Origin: the human T2T-CHM13v2.0 reference genome, Homo sapiens
Assembly (NCBI RefSeq): GCF_009914755.1
Contig: NC_060925.1
DNA: 64,000 nucleotides
Strand: one strand, 5' to 3'
The notes under the pieces are model-generated. The model was not told where the DNA came from. It ran no database searches and saw only the letters and a list, made by a program, of their open reading frames with translations. A program made the position numbers and the translations under genes. Below are positions 29,117 to 42,135 of the stretch, piece by piece. How positions within the stretch are numbered: position 1 is the first letter of the stretch; each line of letters begins with the position of its first letter.

Positions 29117-29619
29117 TTAGGCAAGTTACTTAACATCCCTGTGACTTGTTTTTCTGACCCGTAAAATGGGAATAACGAAAGTACCTAACAAATAGAATGG
29201 TTCTGAGAATTACATACAATATGGGTAAGCACTTAGAAGAATGTCAGGCACAAACACTCAAAAGCATTAGGGATTATTTAAAAATAATAATCCCAGGGGA
29301 GGGCACATAGTAGGTGCTCAAGAAAGGCTTTTCCATTTGACTTGGATTTAGAGGATTTGGGTCTGGAAGGAATAGGAAGCAAAATTTCCAGCGCCCCAAT
29401 TTAGGCAAACTTCTGTTCTTTGGGAGAGGCTGAGACATTATGGGTGTCAGCTCTCCTCATTTAGAAGTTTACCCTCACATCAACACTCGACCCTCAGTTC
29501 CTGATTAGATCCTGATTCGCAGTCACGCCAGAGTAACAGAAACCTTGGGACCTTCACGATTCAGTGCTACTCCCATAGTAACTAGTCTCTAAATATGTCC
29601 TCTCCCCAAACCAATGAAC

Positions 29620-30093
29620 CATGCCTCCCAGTACTCAATGCAACAAAAGGATGGCATGTGACTTGAGAGACTAGGTCATATGACTTCCAAGGTTTTGGCC
29701 AGGGCCTCTTGGAATGCCTGCCTTGGGTAAAACCAGACACCATGGAAGAATTCCAACTAGCTTGAGTCCACCATGCTGTAAGGAACCTCAACTAGCCACA
29801 CGGAGAGTCCATGTGGCAAGAGAGATGCCAACCAGCTTCCAGCTGTTCTAGCCACCCAGCTGAGGTGCCAGACACAGGAGGGAAGAAACCGTCTTGGACG
29901 TCATGTCCAGGTGAGCCACCAGGTGGCTCCAGCTCTAGTTGCCACCTGACTGTAACCCCAGGAGAGGCCTCAGGCCAGAACCACTCGGCCGAGCCATGTC
30001 AATCTACAGAACCAATCTCATTATCATGAGATAATACAGTTATTTGAAGCCACTTGGTTTGAGTGGTTTGTTATGCAGCAGTAAATAACTAGA
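29620..30093 (+). mobile_element. MLT1-type LTR
   Basis: 3' end 'ttgaagccact..gtttgagtggtttgttatgcagcagtaaataactaga'. Confidence 0.7.
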
Positions 30094-30242
30094 AAAACTT
30101 GCAAAACTTAACCATGTGTTCGTTCCGTTAGCCATTTTTTTCATTGATTCAACCAACAAATTTTGGAAACAAGCAAATACAAAGTCCAATATGGGGCCCT
30201 GTGAGGAGTTTGCATTCAAGCAACATTAAGAATCTGTTTCTA

Positions 30243-30567
<325 letters not shown>

Positions 30568-31691
30568 CTATGCAGGCACTTCCACAAGTTCTACAGACAT
30601 TAAACTAGCTGTTACAAGTTTAGACTCTGGTATCAGACTGACTGGATTGAGTTCTGGCTTTACCACTTACTAGACTTTGGACAATTTGCTTAACCTCTTT
30701 TGCCTCAGTTCCTTCATCAATAAAATATGGAGGATGAACATGAACCTTATAGGGTTTTGTGAAGATTAAAAGATCCACATAAAATGCTTACATGCTGGTA
30801 ACAGAGTCATCACTAAACAAAGGGAAATATTGTTCATAACTGCAACCAGCTTCTGCTTTCGAGGAACTTAGAGGTATGTCACAGACAAAATAATATGCCA
30901 GAAATGAAGCAAGCACCCATGAGTGTTTCAAATGAATGAGTGACTCCGTGCAAGATGAAAAGTACCCTGGTCATGAGAAAGGGGGAGATGGGTGCTCAAA
31001 GGCAGAAGGATGTTGTGGGTGTTCAAACGTAGGAGAATTACTTCTGGCTGAGATGCTCGTGGGAGGCCTCCTGGAGGAGGTAGCTTTTGGGCCAGCCAGT
31101 GAGGGGTGGAGAGGACTTTAGCGTCTGTGATAGGGAAACCACCCTTCTGGGAAGTGGGTGTGGAACAGCATGAGCACACAAACCCAGGCCCTCAGGAGCC
31201 CACGTGCACACCGGCTTAGTTGGAGCATTGAGTTTGGGAGGGGAGAGGAGAGACAGAGGTATGGGGCCAGATCATGATTTGACGACTTCCTATGTTTATG
31301 TACTTGGTGGAGCCTCCAACACAGAGCCAGGCATGTAGGCCAGGGAGGCTGTCCAAAAAGGGCCTTCCTGAGGGAGAGGGAATGGCAGAAATCAGGCCCT
31401 GGCCCCAACCCTGGCTCAGCACCCAGGGGACCAGAGGCCCAGCCAGCCAGGACTGTGGTTCCTTCTTTGTGCTCTTGGTTCGTGGTGCTGTGGAGACTGT
31501 GTATTGGAGGCAGCCTGGGTATCCATTCCGTCTAGCCCCTAGGAGGGCTGGGAACTTGCTGGAGAACCAACCTGGGCTCCACACACTCATTCCTCCACCT
31601 TCCTCAGCACCTACCACTTCTCTCCTTTTGAGGCCACTTTTTAAATATGGCCATCGCCTCTCAACCCCCAAATCCTCCTTGGAAGACTTCT

Positions 31692-31990
31692 TTTTTTTTT
31701 TTTTTTTTATACAGAGCCTTGCTCTGTAGCTCAGACTGGAGTGCAGTGGTGCAATCTCAGCTCACTGCAACCTCCACCTCCTGGGTTCTAAGGGATTCTC
31801 CTGCCTCAGCCTCCCCAGTAGCTAGGATTATAGGCGCCCACCATCACACCCAGCTAATTTTTGTATTTTTAGTAGATGCAGGGTTTCACCATGTTGGCCA
31901 TACTGGTCTTGAACTCCTGACCTCAAGTGATCTACCCGCCTCAGCCTCCCAAAGTGCTGGGATTACAGGCGTGAGCCACCACACCCAGCC
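31692..31990 (-). mobile_element. AluS, full length
   Basis: Reverse Alu consensus; 18-bp TSD CCTCCTTGGAAGACTTCT (31674-31691, 31991-32008). Confidence 0.95.
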
Positions 31991-32569
31991 CCTCCTTGGA
32001 AGACTTCTGTCAGCTAAAACAGAGACAGTGGGTGATCCTGATTGAGAGGGACGCCCTCCCTACCTCCCACCCAGGCCATGGGGAGACATGGAAGGCACCA
32101 GTCCTCCATCCTTCAGTGAGCTGGTTCACCATCCTCTGCCTCTCTCGACTCACAGAGCCTAGGTTCAGATCCCAGCTCCACCACCTTCTAGCTGTGTGAT
32201 TCTGGGCAAATCACACCATTTCTCTGGGTCTGTTTCCTGATCTGGAAAATGAGGAGTACAACTCCAATTCTTCTGTAGGGATTGAATGGAAAAATAAAGG
32301 TGAAAGCTCAGGACATAATAAATGCACAATAAACACAAGGGATTAGGACCTTCCATAGAGGCTTCCCTCTTCCCTCCTTCTTCCCTCCTGAGCCCCCTGC
32401 CTCACACCTGGAGCCCATCTCGCGGTTCTGTCCAGGATCCCTGAGCACACCCTCCCTGATCTCCTGGCCCTGCCTGGCCAGCCCATTGCCCTGGGGGCTG
32501 CCTGGCCAGGGGGCCCACTTCTTGCTGGGCTGCCAGAGGGGCCTTGAGTGTTGAAATCCTTCCATTCCA

Positions 32570-33050
32570 CAAGGCCAGAAACTTGATTATGGTATTAATT
32601 AAAGCAAGATGCCAAGTCTGGGAGATTTATTTTCTTTTCCATATCTGTGGCTGTAAATGCCACTCAGGGAGCTCAAAGGCCCGTGTCAGCCTGCATCAGG
32701 CTCCTGAACAGACGTTCTGTTCCCAGTTTGGTCTCCTCAGCCCCTCCTTCTCAGCACCAGGAAGGAAGTGTGTGTCGTGATACCCACGCCTCACCCCAAT
32801 TTCCCCTCCTCCTTCTGCACAAGGCGAAAAGGGGGAAATACCTGGGCAATGTGGGGTGGGGATGAAATTTTCCAAGAAATTTGTTTTAAGTTTCTGCCTC
32901 ATCATTATAGGACTTTCACGTTTCTATTTTTAGCTGCGCAAACGAGCCAGGCCCACATTCCCCTCATCTCCCCCTGCCCCAACCTTTATTTATACAAAGC
33001 ACATGCTGGAATCATTATTTAAAAACCTCCAAACCCATAATTGCTCAGGT
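32570..33050. promoter_or_regulatory. Candidate enhancer with STAT and MEF2 motifs
   Basis: Repeat-free; TTCCAAGAA (32870-32878), CTATTTTTAG (32924-32933), kB-like GGGAAATACC and GGACTTTC, TTAATTAA. Confidence 0.35.
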
Positions 33051-33411
33051 AGGTGAAGAATGCAGCCTTTATGGCTGTCGCTTGCGGAGAGGGCTGCAGT
33101 GTTAGTGGGGAACTATGGCTTATTCATATGTGTACCACCCTGTACCTCACCCACCCTGAACCCCTGGAATGCCCAGAAGAATCAAGTAACTTAGAAGCAT
33201 TTGTGATAATAGAGTTTGAGCATTTTATAAGAGGAAACGGCCCTACAGTACAGACGAAACTTGTCCCAAGACCCCTCCAAGATATTGTTGTCGTCACTGG
33301 GATTCGAACCCAGAGATGTCTCAACTTCCAGCATGGTACTAGTCATTCTACCCTACCATGAAAATTAGTGGAAAGCTGGACTGCCTGAGTTTGAACCTCA
33401 GAGTGCCACTT

Positions 33412-33890
<479 letters not shown>

Positions 33891-34352
33891 TTATTAACTG
33901 TGAGACTTTGAGCAACTTTTATCAAACCCTTCTGTATCTCAGTTTCCTTATCTATCAAGTGTGGATTACAAAAATACCCACCTGATAAAATTGCGTAAGG
34001 ATTTAATGAGTGCCTGAAAGAGAGTAAGCCTGAGGTCCTAGCTCGGATTTCCCCAGAAAGCAGAGCCAAGCCATTAGCCACGCCGAGGAGTCATGCGTTC
34101 CCACGTAGGGAGTCGCTTTTCTCTCTGTGCAGTGGGGACCGTGGAGTATAGTTACCACTGCTGTGTTCTTCTAGGAGGATTTCTCTTCACCATTGTCTTC
34201 CAGGGTCACCCCAGGGGGTGGTAACTGTCCATGTTTTGCCAGTGCTATATATGGCTCCAACCTACCTGTGAACCAGCCGAGTTCTTTTCTTCAGTTGATC
34301 CTAAAGAACCCTCTGAGGCCATACTTGTGAGCTGAGTCAGAGCTATCAGTTT

Positions 34353-34590
34353 GGCCAGGTGCAGTGGCTCATGTCCGTAATCCCAGCACTTTGGGAGGCC
34401 AAGGCAGGAGGATTGCTTGAGCCAGAAGTTCAAGACCAGCCTGGGCAACATAACAATACCTGGTCTCTACAAAAAATAATAATAATAAAAATTAGCTGGG
34501 CGTGGTGGCAAACACCTGTGGTCCCAGCTACTCAGGAGACTGAGGTGGGAGGATCTCTTGAGCCCGGGAGTTTGAGCCCAGGAGTTTGAA
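34353..34590 (+). mobile_element. AluJ-like partial
   Basis: Alu consensus, right arm truncated. Confidence 0.85.
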
Positions 34591-34600
34591 CATAGACCCT

Positions 34601-34963
<363 letters not shown>

Positions 34964-35495
34964 TCAGTTTGGAAAAGGTAGTTATATGGGTTCTGCCCTG
35001 CTATCTGTTCATATAATTTATTTGTGCCTGCTGAACCTGCTTGGACCCAACCCCAAATAAACCATTTCCATCATATAACTCGAAGCATTATAACTAGCAT
35101 TTTTATTTGGAAGCTCTGACAATACACAGCTCACAACAGACAGGCAGCTCTGCCACATGGTCACCTGCATTCCACAGTGAAGTACTCCATATCTACCATT
35201 GTTCGGTGTCATGCCAGGAGCTGCTTTTGCAATGGAGAGTCCTCTCTGCCAGAGAGGCCTGGCCTTGATACAGAACTCCAGGGATCTGTGCTCTGACCCT
35301 CCCCGTGGATCTCACAAGATGCTCTGCATGGTGTGCCGATCTAGCAGCGACACCTCTGACACTTTCAGATCAGCTGGATCAGATGGTCTAAGGGGCACAG
35401 CAGCTTGTACCTAGGGCTGCATTATGACTTTCATGGACACTAGGCATTCCTGCCTTAGCGGACCTCGTCTTTCATCTAAAAAAAAAAAAATGTAA

Positions 35496-35790
35496 GGCCA
35501 GGTGCAGTAGCACGCCTGTAATCCCAGCACTTTGGGAGGCCAAAGTGTGGATCACCTGAGGTCAGGAGTTCAAGACCAGCTTGGCCAACATGGTGAAACC
35601 CCATCTCTACTAAAAATACAAAAATTAGCCGGGCGTGGTGGCGCACACCTGTAATCCCAGCTACTCGTAAGGCTGAGCAGGAGAATGGCTTGAACCCAGG
35701 AGTCAGAGGTTGCAGTAAGCCAAGATGGCACCACTGCACTCCAGCCTGAATGACTCAGTGAGACTCCATCTCAAAAAAAAAAAAAATTAA
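35496..35790 (+). mobile_element. AluSx-like
   Basis: Alu consensus. Confidence 0.93.
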
Positions 35791-36275
35791 AATTCTCTTT
35801 TGTGACTCCATTGGTGGTATAAAAATGAACATAATCTAGAATGGATCATTATTATTATATTCATTTTTCTTTTGATTTTAAAATAAATTAAAATCTTTTT
35901 GTGGGCTCATGAAAATATTAGGAGCCCTCCTCCCTGTGGATAAGCAGGCCCCACTCGCACTGCAGTCTGGACACACTGCAGAACCCTCTCTTGCTGTCTG
36001 CCTACTCAAAACTGGCAGCTTTCTAAGTCATCTAAGGAATGAGTCAGAGCAGTATTAGCAAGTATGCTAAAAGCTGCCTCCAAACTCCAAAGGGACCCAC
36101 CAGGCATTGTGTCTATTTCTTAGCAGTAAGATGTGTAAGGTACAACAACTTGTCCTTTACTTTAGAGGAAATGTACTAGCACGCCCCAGACCACTATATC
36201 CCCGCAAACTTCACCAATGTGGCAGGTCTGCAAATCTTTGTAGGGCTTATATGTCTTTCCAGGGTATTTAAGGTA

Positions 36276-36503
36276 CTCACTGCAGCCTCTGACTCCTGGG
36301 TTCAAGCAATTCTCCTGCCTCAGCCTCCCAAGTAGCTGGGACTACAGGTGCATGCCACCACGCCTGGCTAATTTTTGTACTTTTAGTACAGACAGAGTTT
36401 CACCATGTTGGCCAGGCTGGTCTCTAACTCTTGAGCTCAGGTGATCCACCTGCCTTGGCCTCCAAAAGTGCTGGGATTACAGGCATGAGCCACTGCACCT
36501 GGC
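36276..36503 (-). mobile_element. Alu, 3'-truncated
   Basis: Reverse Alu consensus lacking its tail. Confidence 0.9.
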
Positions 36504-36579
36504 GAGATTGTTTTAATCTTCAGTATATGAGGGAAAAGACCCACTATCATTTACCATCTAGGACTAATGGAACACTCTT

Positions 36580-36821
<242 letters not shown>

Positions 36822-37168
36822 ATGGAACACTCTTAAATATTTTAAATCTTTTTTTAAAAAAAACTTACAAAAATAAAAACAAAGGGAGAGTGAAGAACAA
36901 CTTTATTATATATTCTAAAAAGAATTTAAACATAACAAACCTAAATTTTTATTTCTTATTTTCCTGGTTTGGAAGGTACATACTTTAAATGGACAACAGT
37001 CTCTGAATACACCTAAATTCTCATCAACTGCTATGCACGGACCAGGAACACATGCATCTTATAAATACAGATTTCAGATTCAAAATGCATCTCTATTGGA
37101 TTCTAGCTTCTCATCATTTCTGATTTTCCTTCTTGCACTTGCAAACTCAAAGTGCAATACTTTAAGAA

Positions 37169-37743
37169 TTTTTTTAAGCAGGAACACGTGTACTTTATTG
37201 AATGCCATTGTAGAAAAGTGTGTGAGGTTAAAGGGCTGATACAGGACTCGGCTCCAGGGGCAGGTCGAGGAATGGAAGGTGGAGTGTGTGTGCGACAGGT
37301 CGTGGGCAGAGCTCCTGGCCTGGATGCTGCCTCCTGTTCTATTGATAGACTTGAAAGATCAACACTGGGATGAAGATGAGCAGAATGCTCATGAGGATGC
37401 CCAGAACCAGGGCCCAGACGTTCAGGCACTTGGCGGTGGAGGCACAGGCCTGGCCCCCGGTTAGGTCGCCAACCATCTTCCTGTCCCTAGACTTCATGGA
37501 GTAGGTGACTGCTATGAAGCCCAGGCAGCAGGAGTTCATGAAGAGGGTGTTGAACAGGGACCAGACAACATGGTTGGGCACAGAGGTCTCGCTGTGGATG
37601 TGGATCACGGTGGACCTCGGGGGAGCAGAGTTGTGGGGTGCCCCCAGCACAGCCACCTCATGCTCCTACTTGAGCATCTGATAGTCTAGGGGGCAGCCGG
37701 TGTTGGCGGGAGTGAAGAAGGTTTGGGCAGTGTGGTTCATGGT
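37169..37743 (-). pseudogene. IFITM3P7: IFITM3 processed pseudogene (CDS-homologous part 37339-37740, plus 3' UTR and poly(A) remnant)
   Basis: Minus-strand translation from ATG 37740: [132 protein letters not shown], colinear with the 133-aa IFITM3. Intronless; TAG at codon 25 (37666-37668); IFITM-like 3' UTR with AATAAA (37194-37199) and a short A tract (37169-37175). The IFITM3 parent is secure. The number P7 is recalled from memory and unverified. Confidence 0.93.
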
Positions 37744-37815
37744 TACTCAAAGACATTTTTGAAATTGTTAATGGCTTATAATTTTGTTGAAGACAACACA
37801 ATAAGAAAACTGTAG

Positions 37816-38130
37816 ACTGGGTTGGGCATGGTGGCTCACACCTGTAATTCCAGAACTTTGGGAGGCCAAGGTGGACAGATTACTTGAGCCCAGGAGTTTG
37901 AGACTAGCCTGGACAACATAGTGAGACCCCATCTATGCAAATAATAAAAAAAATTAGCTGGCCATGGTGGTATGCGCCTGTAGTCCAAGCTACCCAAAAG
38001 GCTGAAGCAGGAGGATCACCTGAGCCCAGGAGGTTGAGGCTGCAGCAAGCTGTGATCACACCACCACACTCCAGCCTGGGTGACAGAGTGAGACCTTGTC
38101 TCAGAAAGAGAAAAAAAAGAAGAAGAAAGA
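37816..38130 (+). mobile_element. AluJ, full length
   Basis: J-type 'ggaggttgaggctgcag'; TSD AAGAAAACT(G/A)TAG. Confidence 0.93.
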
Positions 38131-38669
38131 AAACTATAGGGTGATACTACACTGATGATTTATAATATTTTTCCATCATCCTCCTAGGCAATTCCATCAT
38201 CATTCCATTTTCTTATTATTTTAGTCTTTTCCGCATAGCTTAGAATAGTTAATAAGTGATGATGAAGTAATTTCTAGGCTGAGGAAATGGCAAAATTTTT
38301 CAAGAGATAGGAAAAATGAGATCATACAATTCCATAATATATCTTAGATTTAAGAAGGTGTCCAATGGGCCCGTGTGGTAATTGCAAGATAAAGCAATAT
38401 TTTTCTATTTAAAAATAACATACAATTTCTCTTTTTTTCTTTGGAAGATCTCTAAGGAAGAATAAGAGCCATGAAATGTCAATCCTTACAACAGAACTGC
38501 TCAAAAAAGAAACTAACTAGAACCCTGATTCCATCCTAAGAATTAGGATACACTAAGCAAAAGCTCTACTCTCAAATAAGAGACTTAGTGCAGTGGCATA
38601 AAGCTAAGTCTTGAATTCTGAACCTTGAGGTAAAATGTATTAGGAGAAAGTGACTGGGACTGTTGGTAC

Positions 38670-39107
38670 CATATTAGTTGGGGTAAGATAAGCTGCTATA
38701 ATATGAGAAGACCCTAAAATGCAGTGTCTTTAAGAGCAAAAAAGGCAAACATATTCCTGCTCTCGTTCATATCCAAGGTGAAAGTTTACAATTGGCAGGT
38801 ATCTCGACTCCATGTAGAGATTCAGGGATTCAGGTTTCTTCCATCTGGAGGCTCTGACATCCCTTGGGAACATGTTATCACTCTCATGGTTGAGGACTCA
38901 GCTGGAGGGAATGGGCAGAGCTCACAGAGAAGACCCAGCCACTTTCTCAAGGCTTGGCCTAGAGAGATATGCATCACATTCTATTAGTAAGAACAAGGTC
39001 ACATGAACACTCTCAGCCCCAAGGGAGGCTGGGACTTGTGGTCGGGCTATATGCCCATGAAGGGGAGGAGAATGAACTTTGGTGCACAGCAAGCAGTCTC
39101 TGCCACA
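38670..39107 (-). mobile_element. MLT1-type LTR
   Basis: 'gagattcagggattcaggtttcttccatct', 'ggtcacatg', ends 'agtctctgccaca'. Confidence 0.6.
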
Positions 39108-39200
39108 GGGAATGACACGATCCTTTGATCATAGCAAACAAGTCCATTTCATCTCCTAAAGGTAATAAATAATTGGACTACATTACAAAGCAGTAACTCT

Positions 39201-39820
<620 letters not shown>

Positions 39821-39855
39821 CAAATCAGAAATAAATAGAAAGCAGTAATTCTTAG

Positions 39856-40289
<434 letters not shown>

Positions 40290-41689
40290 TAAGATCTTCT
40301 GTTCATTAGAGTAAGAAAGGTAAATCCAGTGTCTAAGGAGTCCCTTTCTGTAGTTAGAGGCCTTGTGTGGGGATTTGCCTGGCTATGGTTTGTGTCCTCA
40401 TGGGATTCCTGAGATTGTATCATATCCCAGCCTGCGATCCCCTCCCCAAGCCCAGATCTGGCCCTTAGCAGGCTCTGAGTAATTGTTTAACGTATTATTT
40501 TTACTCTCACAACCGTAAGAGTGGGGAAGTCCTCTGAAATGCCATTAAACTAACAGATAGAAACTCTGTATGTCCCTTGACTCAATCTGGTTTCAAAAAT
40601 AAGCATAAATAAACCATCTCAGAGAAAAGGCATTTCAAAAGTGTCCCCTCCCATGAAGTGAAACCATCACTGTGAGGCCGGAGACTCCTGAATGAGCTGA
40701 ATGATGCAAAACTGTAACACCACTCTCTGCAACAGCCCTGGGCACAGCAACTACTTCCACCCCGTCCCCAGTGGGTGGGACTCTCTGGAGCAGAGCTCCC
40801 CCAGCTTGAATGTGAAATTGCAGATCCTGCTTCAGTAGATGTGGGGGCGGGTGCTGAGATGCTGCACTTCTAACAGATTCCCAGACATGGCCAATGTCAC
40901 TGGTCCACAGACCAGGCTTTGAGTACTGAAGTTCTAGAATGCAAATGAGCAGGCAAAGGTAAGCTGTCTTAGAGCAAATGCAGAGACTCCCACCTGGCAG
41001 CTGAATCCATAGTTTACTCCTTCCCATCGGGTCCTCTTTCCTCCCTATTTCCAGCCTCTTGTCTTTGGGGACTGGACAGATATCTGTTCCAAACTTGAGG
41101 GTCTTATAGCACCCAGAGATGTGACCTAAGGTGAAAGGTGAAATCCGGAGCTTGGAGTCCTTTTCTCTAAGGGAATTATCTTCAAGCATCCTCTGGATGG
41201 AACAGAGACCTAATGAAGTATTTTCTCAATGACCCCAAGGCCAAGAACCTCAGAACAGGCAGAAGGAGGTTGTTCTCTCCAGCATAAAGAAAGGAACTGT
41301 GGTAGATTTCCTGGGTCCTATTCATTTGCGACATTTAACAGACTTTATGTCTGGACCATATGTATTCCCAAGTTCAAGCCGAATGCACTGAATCTCTCAG
41401 CTGGGAAGAACCGTGGTGTCCTGGTTCAAGGATCTATTTTCCTGATTGAGACAGACAGGCAAAAAATAACCTAAGGCCACAAAGTTAATACTATTTCCAT
41501 GTTTCTGGGCTTCTAGCCTAGGCCTAGAGGTTTTCCCAAGAAGTCACACTGCCTACCAGACTTGTAGGAATGGAGGACAAGCTGCATGCCCAGCCATCTC
41601 CCTGCCTGGCAGCTAGGCAGAAGGGACTATTGGCCACGGGCCATCCTGGGTCCCCTGACTTGACCCCCAAGCTGCTTGCCTTGCAGAAC

Positions 41690-42135
41690 GCCCTGTTTAA
41701 TGCTTTATTCCTCCCAGTGTTTCATTATTGATTCAGCCCCTCGCTGCCGGGTCTGACCAAGTAAGCTGTGAGCGTTTGTCTAATGTCAATTTCATCAAAA
41801 ATGCAGGAGTTGGGGTTTTACTCGTCTGTGCGCTACCTAGACGGTTTAAGTCGATGATTAGTGGTTTCTGTGAGCCAAAGAGGGCGCTGGCAGCCCACAG
41901 GCTGGTTTCTGGCTTCTCTGAAGCGATGCTGGGTCCCCAAAGCTCTGGAGAACCCAACAGCCTCCATCTCGTTAAGGTGGGGATGAGGCTTGGGATGAGG
42001 GGATTGACTGACGTGGAGAGTTAGGAGGTTGGGAGTGGTTTTTTCAAACAATTACCAGCCAAGTTTAAAAACAAATTCAGCAATGCATTATTATGTTGTC
42101 ATTAAATATTACAGATGCAAATCTAATGAGAAAGA
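41690..42135. promoter_or_regulatory. Candidate enhancer
   Basis: Repeat-free with retained CpGs; homeodomain/POU words (CATTATTGATT, GCATTATTATG, TCATTAAAT), octamer ATGCAAAT 42115-42122, partial CTCF-like AGAGGGCGC. Confidence 0.35.

Larger units (their letters stand above)
28108..29272 (+). mobile_element. MIR split by an L1PA and a templated insertion
   Basis: 5' part 'aagaacatgggctctggagtcagaaatacctgagttcaaatcc'; resumes at 29117 'ttaggcaagttacttaac...gtaaaatgggaataac...aagcacttagaa'. Confidence 0.7.

Noticed and set aside
37339-37656. 105-aa IFITM ORF as a functional CDS
   Set aside because: Starts at GTG downstream of a nonsense codon in an intronless retrocopy with no evident promoter; called a pseudogene
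37145-37760. TSD for the IFITM3 retrocopy
   Set aside because: Only a short ACTCAAAG match (37145, 37745) or a degenerate alternative; cannot be fixed with confidence
40635-41189. 184-aa ORF
   Set aside because: No recognisable homology; overlaps a MER5-like fragment; length is compatible with chance
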